NCBI GenBank assembly: GCA_907165135.1
Contig: OU015567.1
Location: 8,494,001-8,558,000 of the forward strand
DNA length: 64,000 bases
Direction: 5' to 3'
Source of the DNA: Oikopleura dioica
Lineage: Eukaryota > Animalia > Chordata
Shown here: positions 23,001-34,100 of the stretch, piece after piece
Position numbering within the stretch: position 1 is the first letter of the stretch
How the letters are laid out: each line of letters opens with the position of its first letter
Position numbers and translations under genes: made by a program
Notes under the pieces: model-generated
The model's input: only the letters and a program-made list of their open reading frames with translations
What the model was told of the DNA's origin: nothing
Databases searched by the model: none

Positions 23001-26000
23001 GAATATTGTGCGATCTTTCGTTGTATTCAACTACATAATCACTTGTCGACCCGGTCCAGCTTACTTGAACCATTGGGTCGTCGTTTTTATCGGCAAAGAC
23101 CCGGTAGTTCACATCTGCGATTGACAAGGGCTTGGTGTGGAAAGTGAGTTCTCTTGGGGCAGAGCGCATTCCATTTTTTTCGACAAAAATTCTCAGTGTA
23201 TATTGCGTAGATGGAGAAAGATCTTTCCACTGAAAACTAGTTGAACTCGGATAAAGTGGGATTTCCTCAGATGTTCTGTATGGCTTCTTTTGAAGAATGT
23301 AGCCCTCAGCGTTTTTTACTGGCTCCCAGGAGATCTCAGCTGCCATGGCGTAAATCTTTGAAGCTCGAATATTTCCAACTCGTGGGGGAGGGTCGATTTT
23401 TGTCGAAGCGGTAGAAACAGGAACGACTGAGTTTTCATTTTGAATGCTGAATCGGAAAGAAGCTGGTTCTTCTGCGCTGCCGAGGACCATCACCTGAGCT
23501 TCATAATCATGACCTGGATTGAGTTCATTGGCACGAATCGCGTAAAACTGAGTGTTTCGCGTTACCCAATCTGGCCAAGAGCGGCCAACTTCGCGCCATC
23601 GAAGACGATAAGCGACATTTTGATCGGATTGAAAATTTTCCTTGAACTTCCAAGTCAAATTGTATTGACTGTTTGCCGGGCTTTTACTTCGTGAAGTGAA
23701 CATCAAAGGATTCGGAATGTTAACTCGGCTCACGACTTCGCCAGCGTCAAGTCGATTTGCTCCCCAAATTTCAACAGAACAGATGTATTCGCCTTCTAAG
23801 TCTTTGTCTGGTCTCGTGAGTTCAAGATATTGCTTGTTCTTGTTCCATTTTGGGGAGTATTTTTCGAAGTCGTTGTCGAAGGCGTATGAGTATTGACTCG
23901 TCGCTTCGTAGAGCTTTCTTCTTTGGTTTTTGTTTTTGATGAACCAGGTTATCAATGGATCCCCTCGCGAAGAGACGGTCCTGTCGTAATCGCAGTGAAG
24001 CTTGATCGTGTCGCCTAAAGTATCGACATTCGACGAACGGACATCCAAAGAGCGAATATTTCGTTTATTCACGCAATTTGGCTCTCTATTCTTGGGTGGA
24101 AAGCAATAAAATGAGATTTAGGTTAACTTGCCCGATTTAAATAGTAGTTTGCTCGCCCAAGTCCTGTCATGAAAAGAGAGACATTTACAGTAATGAACTT
24201 GGCCGTTATGAATTTCATCCCAAGTTTCACCGATAGGCTTGTAGCTGCCTGTATTCGTCTTGCAATAATTGTTGTCTGTGCAATGCCATTTTCCATTTCC
24301 TCCGCCGGTGCATTCACAATATTTTGGCCGAGAATCTCTGTTGTCGATCCAAGTTGATCCAGGCTCGTATTTTCTGATTTCGTTGCCAAATTGGTCTGAA
24401 AACATTATGAACAAAAATTTATTATGAAATGAAGGCTTACATTCGCAAATGTCTGGATACACGCACTTCCACTGAGTATCCGGGAAGCAAGTGCAAATCA
24501 TTTCTTTATTTGTCGATTCTTGCATCGCCTTCCATTTTTCTCCCACTTTGTAGCTGTGCTTGTTGTGGACGCAGACTTGCTCGCAGAAACCGTATGATTT
24601 GTCCTTATCGTAATTGGAAGTGGTGGCGCACCATTTTTGATGGCTGCTCTCGGTTATGCCTTCTTCTGTGCATTCGTTGAACACTTTTCCATTGTAGAAA
24701 AAGGGAAAGTGGCAGAGAGCGGATTCTAAGAACGTGAAAGCTTCTTTTGTTTTCAAGACCTACCTGAGTTGCCATGAACAGTAACAATCGTAGCCGGGTC
24801 ATTCTCAGTGTATTCTTCCTTCGTCTGAATACAGTAGCCCCAGTCGTTCTGAGACCTTCCAATCTGACAAAACTGCTTGCCTCCTCTAGGCGCGCAATTG
24901 AACCAAGCTTTTCCATTGTAAAAGAACGGAATGCGACACTCTTTGATTTCGTTGTCTTCGTTGAGTGCGTGAAACTTGCAGTCCGCTTGTTTTCCGTTGC
25001 ATTTGCACAACTGAAAGGGAAATATTTTTGAGTCAGTCGAAAGAGAAAAGTTTCAATCAGGGAATTTCTTTTGTTCGGAAATGGCGACTGGAGTCATCAA
25101 TTTGAATTATTTGACTGGCAAAACTCGTTGATGGAGATTAATTTGTCGACTTTTAGGCGTCTTTACGCTACATTCCGACGTTGACCGCATTTTTATTGGA
25201 AAAAGAAAAGAATTGAAGAATTGATCTTTATTTACCTGCATTCCTCCGAAATCCGGATTGTACTGTAACCAGGACTGTTCATTCGAATACTTTACTCCGT
25301 CTAAATCTTTAAAAATGGCTTGAGAAAACAAGCCATAAATCATTTTTACGGTTTGGCCGTATTAATATGTTCCGGATATGTATCGGATCTGTTCGAGCTA
25401 TTTTTAGATCGTGTGAGCTATTTTCGTTTTCAGCCGCAGATGCGACACGATTTTAAAAAAATTATTCTCAAGACTGGCCTTGGCATCCTATTTGGCGATT
25501 GCGATACTGAGGAACATCGGGGGAATTGTCATCGGAGCATTCGTAGTGTCCATTTCCTTATTTAGGTGCACTAATGATTCTTTTACTGAAGACCAAATCG
25601 ATTGACCAATAAAAATGAGGATTATGAAACTCGTTAACGAGACTAGTAACTATAGCACCAAACCCTTCGCAATGACAAACTTGCGATTTGCCATTACTGT
25701 TGGTCGATTTCCAAGACTCGCCTTTGTGGTAATTCGTCGATGTCTGCTTATCAAAGCATCTGTCGCCGGTACTGCAGCTTGTCGATACTTTTCTACCATT
25801 GGCGACGCAGATACAGTCGAATTCTTGCCCGTTTGGCTTGGTCAGCAACCACTCTTCACCGACCTTTCGCCACGTTCCCAAAGCTGAGTCTTTTTCGATG
25901 CAAGTTTCGTCCCGCAAAACGCACTGTATGCTCCCTCTTCCTTGACCTAGACATCGGCACATCTCGATTTGGCCACTTGGGGATCTTCGATCAAAGGTGT

Positions 26001-26218
26001 TTCCAGGCGCGACATATTCTTGAGTTCTAGTGTCGAAGCAAAAGCCTCTTTTTGCGCGACTGTCGTTTTGTGGCAATGTGTACTCGGATACCTTCAACGG
26101 GTTAAAAATAAGAAGAAGCATGAACTAGTTTTTGATGCAGTTAAATTTTGATTAACCCTAACTTTCGCTGGGCTTCAACATTTTGCACTAATAGGAGCGC
26201 ATAAAGTCCAGTTTTCAT
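17100..26218 (-). CDS. Fn: Fibronectin (tunicate type): signal peptide, ~4 FN1, 2 FN2, 3 FN1, 1 Ig, many FN3 repeats, Tyr/Gly- and Cys-rich insert, further FN3, C-terminal FN1; many exons
   Basis: FN1 repeats (e.g. CFDKQTSTNYHKGESWK...CHC); FN2 (CHFPFFYNGKVFNECT...WCATTSNYDKDKSYGFC); Ig domain (LHCDY...ITWF...EGEYICSV); FN3 repeats with W and LxPxxxY motifs in ORFs 21121-24072, 19613-20875, 18889-19552 and 17939-18475. ATG with signal peptide at 26218, stop at 17100. Confidence 0.9.
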
Positions 26219-27096
26219 TTGATCTCTTCTTTATCTGCAGAATTCCGAAATTCTCTGAGATTTTCTTTGTTGTCTTCAAGTTAGTCTCTTTTATTCTTTG
26301 AGTGATTTAGTAGTTGGAAAAATTCTGCTCCGGTCGGCTTCATAAAAGTACTCCTATCGTGGCGCTAGAGTTAGATAATTGGTTTTTCCCGATTCTGGTA
26401 GAAGGGTTTTCTTTTCGCGCGCTCACTCTGATTCGACCTAATTTGAATAAACAAATTCAAATTGGCCAAAGCCAAATTCTCGTCTAAAGGATAAAGTGGG
26501 ATGATGACCCTGGCTTGGCGAGGAAATCCGGGATTGGAAATGTCAAAATCGTAAGGCTTCGTATTTTTGACAGACGAGAAAGAGACGAGCAGGAATGTGA
26601 TGGATGGGTTAGGCGCCGACCAGTGGTCGCCATGATTGACGCAAATCTGATCAATTAGGCACCTTTAATAATCCATAAAACTCGAAATGATAATAACAGC
26701 ACTTCCGGACAAGCAACACCTTCAAAGAACAACAACAAGCAAATTGTCCTCTAACAAATATATTTTTCAATTCATTCTAGGAGAATGACAACATTTTTCT
26801 TTTAAATTTTAGTCAAATTTGCTTATTCAGTGAAAAGATTACGACTTGAAGACAACAAGGACTCTTCAAGAACTCCTCGAAGAAAAGCCCACTCAAAATT
26901 TTTGAGTCAAAAACTATCATTAAATCTTCTTCTCTTGAGTAATCGTGTTTTCTTCCTAAAAAATAAAACATATCCCAAAATGTTCTCTTTGAAATTTGAG
27001 AAAAAAAAATCAAAAAAGTTACTTACCTTATTACCAATTACATAACAAAACTTTTCAACCGGAAGTCTTTGATTTATCATATAAATCCTTTTTAAA

Positions 27097-28272
27097 ATGA
27101 CAACGCTTTTTACCTCAGAAGAGGAATCAGTCCTGAAAGTGGAGCTTCAACCTGGCTTCATCGGGCCAAAAAGAGAAAGACGACACATTTCTGTCGGAAC
27201 ATTCTATGGAGAGACATTTTCAATCGGCCTTTTCGCCGCCCTCCCAAACATGTTTTTTACTCCACTGGATTTGGCAAAAGTGCGAATGCAATCTAATCCG
27301 TTCAAAAATACTTCGATCCGGCAAGCTTTGAAAAACGGGAAGATTTACAGAGGAGTCAGTGCTTACACTCTCCAGGCTTGCCTCACAGCCGCCACGCGGT
27401 TTACGTCGTTTACGTTCATCACTTACGAGTTACAAGAACGAGGATTCAAATATGAAACACCCCAGAAAGTAGCTTCAGCTGTAGCTGCTTCGATTTTGGG
27501 CATTTTTGTTGCATCGCCGATGGAACAGATAAAAGTGGTGCTTCAACGGCTAGGGTGGGCAAATTTTTTGAGCAGAAGATCGATGATCATTTTCGAAAGT
27601 TTTTTTTTCTATTATTATTTACTAAAAACTTTGGAAATCGTTTTTAATTCGTCCAGAACATCACTTCCAAATTCTTTAATTTGAGAATTTTGTCCACCCT
27701 AGTGTAAAGAAGTCCTAAACCGATAACACTTGGAAAAGCAGTAAGCCATATTGTTGAAATGAGAGGCTACAGTGGCTTCTGGAGAGCCTTGAAACCGAGA
27801 CTTATCAGAAACATTATGTTTGATTCGATCAACATGGTCCTTTTTGCTCAAACAAAAGAATATCTCGACAAGAAAAGGTAGAAAAAATAAGTGAAGATTT
27901 AATTAAACATATTCAGACCGAAAGATGAGCATGAAGGTTTTCTGGATAAGTTCATGAGACTTTTGGTGATTGGAACTTTTTGCGGCACGATTTCTTGCAT
28001 GATTTCTTATCCATTCGATTCAATGGCGCTTGTTATGAACCAAAGGCCCACTCTCAGGTACCAAGAGTTTTCTTCTTTGCCTTATCGCTTTTAGTTTCGT
28101 GAACTCCTTTCGAATCTGTCGGCAAAAAGGCTTTTACAACGGAATATCCGCGCGCTGCTCCTACATAGGAATTCAACTTGCGCTTTCGTGGATTATTTTC
28201 GACGCTTTGAAAACTGCCCTCGACCATGACCTGGCTATTGTTCAGTCTTTTTCTAATAAATTTTCTATATAA
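27097..28272 (+). CDS. Mitochondrial carrier family (SLC25) protein, multi-exon
   Basis: Three PX[DE]XX[KR]-type signatures (TPLDLAKVRMQ, SPMEQIKVVLQ, degenerate SYPFDSM) and GFWRALKPR / GFYNGISAR repeats across exons. Substrate subfamily not assigned. Confidence 0.85.
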
Positions 28273-28431
28273 AACTTTCCTTCTAGGTTTGTTTGACTCT
28301 ATAATTTTGATAAGAAGACGTCATTTTGAGTGTTAGTTAGTTTTTGTATATTTTATTTCTCGTCAAAAGATTAAAAGTGCACAGAAAAGATTTTAGCAGC
28401 AGCAGCATTTTCGTGAATCGTTATTTTGAAG

Positions 28432-29236
28432 CTAGTTTTCCTCGTCGAAGGCTTCGCTTTTGAGATTGAGCAAAGTGACAACGAAGTCTTCCTCATCTGA
28501 TGCATCGTCTTCTTCTTCTTCTGAGAGTTGGATATTTTCGACAGCTGCGTTCGCCTTGATATTGTCGATTATCTCGGTCTCGGATTTGTAGAGCCGCATC
28601 TTTTCTTCGAGTTTTTGTTGAAGCTCCGTGATTCTTTCTTGAAGATCCATGATGTCCGCCGAATGCTCGCGCCTTGCCTCATTGTGCTCCTTGAGTAATC
28701 GCATGTAGCGTGATCGCTTCTCCGCAATCTTGTCTTGTCCTGCTGCGTTTTGGGAAAACATCGGACGAGAGCCTTCATCGACACTTGGAACCGAGAAGCT
28801 TTCTTGTGTTTGGGGAGCTCGTTCTTTCGTAATCGTTGCTTCTTTCACTTGATTGTGTTTTGTTTGGCCACGTTTGCGGGTAGAGACGGTCTTTTCTCCT
28901 GGTAAGGCTTTTTTCGCTTTCCTAAAAATCAAATTAGTATAAATTCTTCATCTTTGTGTACAATCATTATCATTTCTTTACTTACTTGTAATGATATCTT
29001 CGCATGTTAAACCATTTACTGAGATAATGGATCGGGACATCAAGTTCGGAAGCAAGTTCTTCCCTTTCTTGTCTTGTTGGGTACGGTTGCTTCTCAAATG
29101 CTTGTCTCATGAGTTCTTTTGTATTTTCGCTGGCGATATAAGATCCTTTCCTCATGACGTTCTTTTTCTGCGTCTATTTTTGTCTTAATGGATTGATGTT
29201 TAGATTTGACTTGTAGATTTAATTCACTCCCTTCAT
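28432..29236 (-). CDS. Divergent homeobox protein with coiled-coil and acidic C-terminus; exons 29236-29228, 29173-28986, 28921-28432
   Basis: Exon 2 (too short for the ORF track) translates MRKGSYIASENTKELMRQAFEKQPYPTRQEREELASELDVPIHYLSKWFNMRRYHYK, a homeodomain pattern (F..PYP...REELA..L......WF..RR). GT-AG introns join it in frame to ORF 28432-28932. Confidence 0.75.
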
Positions 29237-29276
29237 ATATACCCACTGTGCTCGAATAGAGGGCGCTGTCATACAG

Positions 29277-29491
29277 TGTAGTGGTGATACCAATTAGAGG
29301 ATCATTAACTATCTAATCCACGCATTCCCTCTCCCAACTCCCGCTGTGCCACCAACCATCTTACCGACTGTATCTCCCGGCTCATCCCTTTGCACAAGTT
29401 CACAGCCTATATAAACTGACCTCCAGTCCGAATAAACTATCAGTCTTCTCTACTTTCGAGAGTTCTCTTTCCTCAATTAGTTCCCACTATA
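29277..29491 (+). repeat. 5' LTR (TG...TA)
   Basis: Identical by eye to 38568-38782; TATATAAA at 29408 and AATAAA at 29431. Confidence 0.95.
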
Positions 29492-29682
29492 TTTTGGTGA
29501 CTGAACTCTTCGAAACCTACAAGCTCCCGAACCGCTCGACATTTCTCTACACGAGATTTTTAATCAAGAGATACATCATCAAATATTCTAGAGATCAAAG
29601 AGATATCAGGAAAGGGGAATTTACATTTAGAAACTAATTTCTGTCGCCTATTCTGACTGATCATAGGCACAGATTTATCATT

Positions 29683-31131
29683 ATGAAACCTAAAAGCATA
29701 TTAAAGAAAACGAAAATAACGGAAGATAATTTTCCAAAATCGATCCTACTAGGATTAGGCACGGGGGTTAGGACCGAGATTCTCGCGCGCCTTGTTAGAC
29801 AATATGGAAGTTTATTTAAATATGAATCGACTACTACTAAAGAAGAAATGGTCACTTTTTTGAAAACAAAAGGCTCGTCTTTTTCGGCGCTCGTCTGTGA
29901 CCTTGAGGATGAGAAGGACGATCAACTGTATGTTTTTGTCATCCCTATCGCTATGAACGGAAGCGAATCGAATCAACCGATTCCGGCTTATAAAACATTC
30001 ATTACAAATCTGAAACGGAGAACAGATGAATACCTTTCTAAATATTCAAATAGACTTTCTGTTGAAACCCTTAAAAGTAGCGCTTTCATTAAAAACAAGG
30101 ACGCGAACGTCAAGGAACTTATTAAAGGGTTAATTGAGACGCCCGCTACTTTTGAACATTGTTGCGTTCATCAAGTCCCACTGGCTGATGCAGCGCTTTC
30201 TAGTGAATCTGCCGACGATACGGATAGTGAACCTTTCGATAGACCCCGCTCATGCCCAACGTCATCTTCTGATGACCCTCTTCGTAAGATGGCTTCAGCA
30301 TTCGAAAGAATGACTATAAGTAATTATGACAAAGCAGCAAATACTTTCGGAAAAAATATTGATTTACCGAAGTTCAATTACACCGACAGTAGTGACGTTT
30401 GGGTTAATAAGGCTACCACGTTACTTAGATTAGGCGGCACTCGATCTGAAAGAGTCATGGTCTCGTATTTGACTTCTAAGTTACCCGAGGATATCCAAGA
30501 TCTGGTCATACAAGAACTAAATTCACAAACTATCATTACGATAGGAGTCTTCGCTGACATTTTACGTAAATGTACTAAGGTCGATGATGGGGTTATGGCC
30601 AGGACGCTTCAGGAACTTATTTTCGATCCGGCTAAATTTTCCAATTTCCGCTTATTTTACTATCGAATCCGCTCGCTTGTCACAAATTCATACTCTGGAA
30701 TGGATGAGGATAATATTAATCGGATCGCAATTAAGGAATTCCGTTTGAAGGTCCCAAAGGTAGTAGCTAACGATCCGGTTTTTAATACTACTTACAATGA
30801 ATCCCCACTGGATATCGTAGAATTGGCCCAGAACATTTATGACCGTAGTAAAAAGGGACGGACAGAAACCCTCGATCATATCCCTAATCCCAAAACGGCC
30901 CCAAGAGGTAAATATGGTGCTTCACGTGAAACCAGATCTTGCCATTTTTGTAAGAAACAAGGTCATCTTATCAAGGATTGCCGGACATTAAAATACAAAA
31001 TGAGCAATTCCCAGGGAAAGGCCCAACGCTCTGAAAAATCGGATTCACCAAAGAAAATCATTTGTAAGCGGTGCGGCAAACCTGGCCACAAGTCGCCCGA
31101 GTGCAGGGCCCCCTTCCCAATGAGCAAGTAA
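29683..31131 (+). CDS. gag: Gag with two CCHC zinc knuckles
   Basis: CHFCKKQGHLIKDC and CKRCGKPGHKSPEC near the C-terminus; first ORF after the PBS. Confidence 0.93.
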   Translation: MKPKSILKKTKITEDNFPKSILLGLGTGVRTEILARLVRQYGSLFKYESTTTKEEMVTFLKTKGSSFSALVCDLEDEKDDQLYVFVIPIAMNGSESNQPIPAYKTFITNLKRRTDEYLSKYSNRLSVETLKSSAFIKNKDANVKELIKGLIETPATFEHCCVHQVPLADAALSSESADDTDSEPFDRPRSCPTSSSDDPLRKMASAFERMTISNYDKAANTFGKNIDLPKFNYTDSSDVWVNKATTLLRLGGTRSERVMVSYLTSKLPEDIQDLVIQELNSQTIITIGVFADILRKCTKVDDGVMARTLQELIFDPAKFSNFRLFYYRIRSLVTNSYSGMDEDNINRIAIKEFRLKVPKVVANDPVFNTTYNESPLDIVELAQNIYDRSKKGRTETLDHIPNPKTAPRGKYGASRETRSCHFCKKQGHLIKDCRTLKYKMSNSQGKAQRSEKSDSPKKIICKRCGKPGHKSPECRAPFPMSK

Positions 31132-31135
31132 ATTG

Positions 31136-34100
31136 ATGGCACTTCCGGAGCTTAGTTTTGATCTTATACAATATTCACCTAAATACCTATCTCTACCTGT
31201 ACAAAACTGTCTCTTAGACAGCGGAGCAACTCAAAATTATATTTCGAGGAAAATTTTACCAGATGAGATAAATCTAGATCGACTTACGAATCCTAAGCAA
31301 CTTACGAACGCGTTTCACGATGATCTTTCGATAATAAAATATACTGTCACTCTTAACATAAAGCTAGATTCTAACCTTGAGATTCCAAATATTACTTTCC
31401 ATGTGCTGGATAATATAATTTCTTACGAAGCAATCTTAGGATATTCATTCATAAAGTACCACCATGTAGACTTTAAGACACCCGCCATTCTAAACACTAT
31501 TTTTGAAAAGAAGGATATTGAAAATAACTTTACATTTAATGAATATATTGAAGGTAACTACTCAGATGAGGTAACTTTCCGACTGGTTCATAATTTATGT
31601 TTACCACCTCTGTCGGAAGAATGGGTGAAGGTGAAGCCCTCTAAAAAGTTAGATAAAACGCATCGATATAAGATAATGGCCACAGAAGAATTAGAGAAAA
31701 TGCAAGTTAATATAATGAACAATTTTGTGACAGCTAATAACCTTTGTTTACGGCTAAAGAATTACGGGCCCGATTTTGTCACGTTTTTATCGGGTGATAA
31801 TATCGCTATCAAAGCGCTAGATATAGATATTATTACGAGTTTCGAACACCTTAATTTCTTACTTGCTTCAAGCAAACTTCCGGAGTTCGAGCGCCACATC
31901 CATGAAAAAGAACTAAAAGAATGGAAGTCTCAGAGAGATGACCTCGTTGCAAAAACTTCAATTGACGGCGAACTCCGAAGGGTTCTTGAAGGTGTCCCTC
32001 TTGATTTTGTTGACGAACTCAGAACAAATTTAACAAAAGTTAGTTGGAATTTCTCTCGACACCTTGATGATGCTGGAATGAACAGTCACTACGTGGCTGA
32101 GTTGATATTAAATGATTCTGATCCGCCAACATTTTCGCCCGCTTATAAACCTGATAATACGATTCTTTGCCAAGTGGAAGAAAGAATGAAAAATTTAACA
32201 AAAAATCATATACTCGAGAAAACATGCTCTCCCTGGAATTCGCCCGCTTTATGGGTTAAAAAGAAAGACTCATCATTAAGACTCGTGAACAACTACAGCT
32301 CCGGTGGTAATAAAAGCCTCAATTCACGTTTACTTGTTCCAAAATACCCTTGTCTGCCCATACGCTCCGTACTCAGTTTAATTAGTTCTAATATTTCAAA
32401 AATCCACAATCTCTACCCAAATCGCCCAATTCGGTTTTCGAATTTGGATCTCAAAAACGGATATTTCTCAGTCGGGTTGAGGGAAAGTGACAGAGACTAC
32501 ACCTCGTTTTTATTTTCACATGCCCAGTACCGTTATAAACGCCTCGCTCAGGGGTTATCATCAGCGCCCTCTGTTTTTTCGTATTTTATGTCTCTTGTCA
32601 CCTCAGACATTGAAGGTAACGGTGATAAATTTTTCGTTCTAACATATTTAGATGATATAATCATCCTTTCCGCTGATATACACCATAATTTAGCAATAAA
32701 AAGAGTCTTAGAAAGACTTGTTCTTCATAATTTGGTCCTGTCGCTAAAAAAGTGCGAATTTTTCAAAGAGTCGGTCCTCTTCCTAGGTTTTCACATAACA
32801 GATAAAAATATTCTTCCCGATAAAAATAAGATACAAGGCATTCTCGATATTTCTTACCCTACTACACTTAAAGCTGCCCAAAAAACTCTAGGATTGTTCA
32901 ATTTTTATTCTCGCCAAATTCGTAACATGTCTTCTGACCTAAGTCCCTTAAGCAAAGCGATTGGTCTCGGTAAGGACTACGTTCTTACGAATGAAATAAA
33001 ATTAGCTATCGACAAAACCAAAGAAAATATTAAAAAAGGCACTTCTACTGCTCATCTAGAATACCCAGATAATGATTCTACCCGAGTGCTCTTTGTCGCT
33101 TGCGACACAAGTCTCAAAGCCACCGGTGCTATAATTGGAAATTGCGATCTAATAAACGACAGTATTTCGAACGTCTCTGTCGCAGCTTACTCAAGTAAAC
33201 GCCTTACTGAGCAAGAAAGTTTTTTGAGCTCGCGAGGCAGGGAGCTCGTGGGCTTGTCCACAGCTCTTCAGAATTTTAAAGACCTCCTTCCGAAAGACAG
33301 GCGTTTCGTCTGTTTTTGCGACCATAAATCTCTCGCCCAAATTTTTAATTCGGTTAATATGAAAGGTTCTGGATCTACACGTGTTCGACTTGCCTATTCA
33401 AGGGTTCTTGAGTACCCACTTATGGAAGTTCGCTTCCTTCGTTCAGATCATAATTTAATAGAAATAGCCGACACTTTATCTCGCCTCGATACTGTTGATT
33501 CAGAACCTCTTGATGTAACAATATTTCACCCACGTAATTACAAATCAGCTAATGAAGAGTCACTTAACAACGTAAAACTTCAATTCGCTAAACCGAAAAT
33601 TGACATTTCCGTCATTGTTGACGAGCAAAAAGCTGACGCTGAGTACAGTAAAATTAGAGATTCTCTAGAATCCGTTAATCCTAGTGCTAAAAATTCGGCG
33701 AAATACAGGTTATCGAATGATATTTTGTACCGAGCCGTTGGTAATTCCAAGAGATGGTTAATTGTTGTTCCACAAAAGTGCTCGCGTCAGCTCGTTGAGT
33801 ACTTTCATATCGTAACAGGCCACAGTGGCCGTGACTCCCTTAGTCTGAGGCTGAAGAAAGAACCACTTTTTATCCACAATAGAACAGGCCTAATTGCAGA
33901 TGTCATAAAAGGTTGTCTTTTATGCCACTTGCATCTACCCGAAAGGTTTTCAAAAAATGTTGAGGAGAGTCGAAAAATTGTTCCCGCTCTAACACCATAT
34001 TCTAAGATCTTCTTCGACTGTTTTGATGTTGTCCGCGAAGGCCGTACAGCCGTTTTTCTTTCATTCTTATGCGGATTTAGCAACAGAATTTCAGTCCGAA

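Noticed and set aside
21139-23896. Plus-strand ORFs opposite the large fibronectin exon (also opposite the peroxidase, pol and env)
   Set aside because: Antisense shadows of long coding exons with no independent features.
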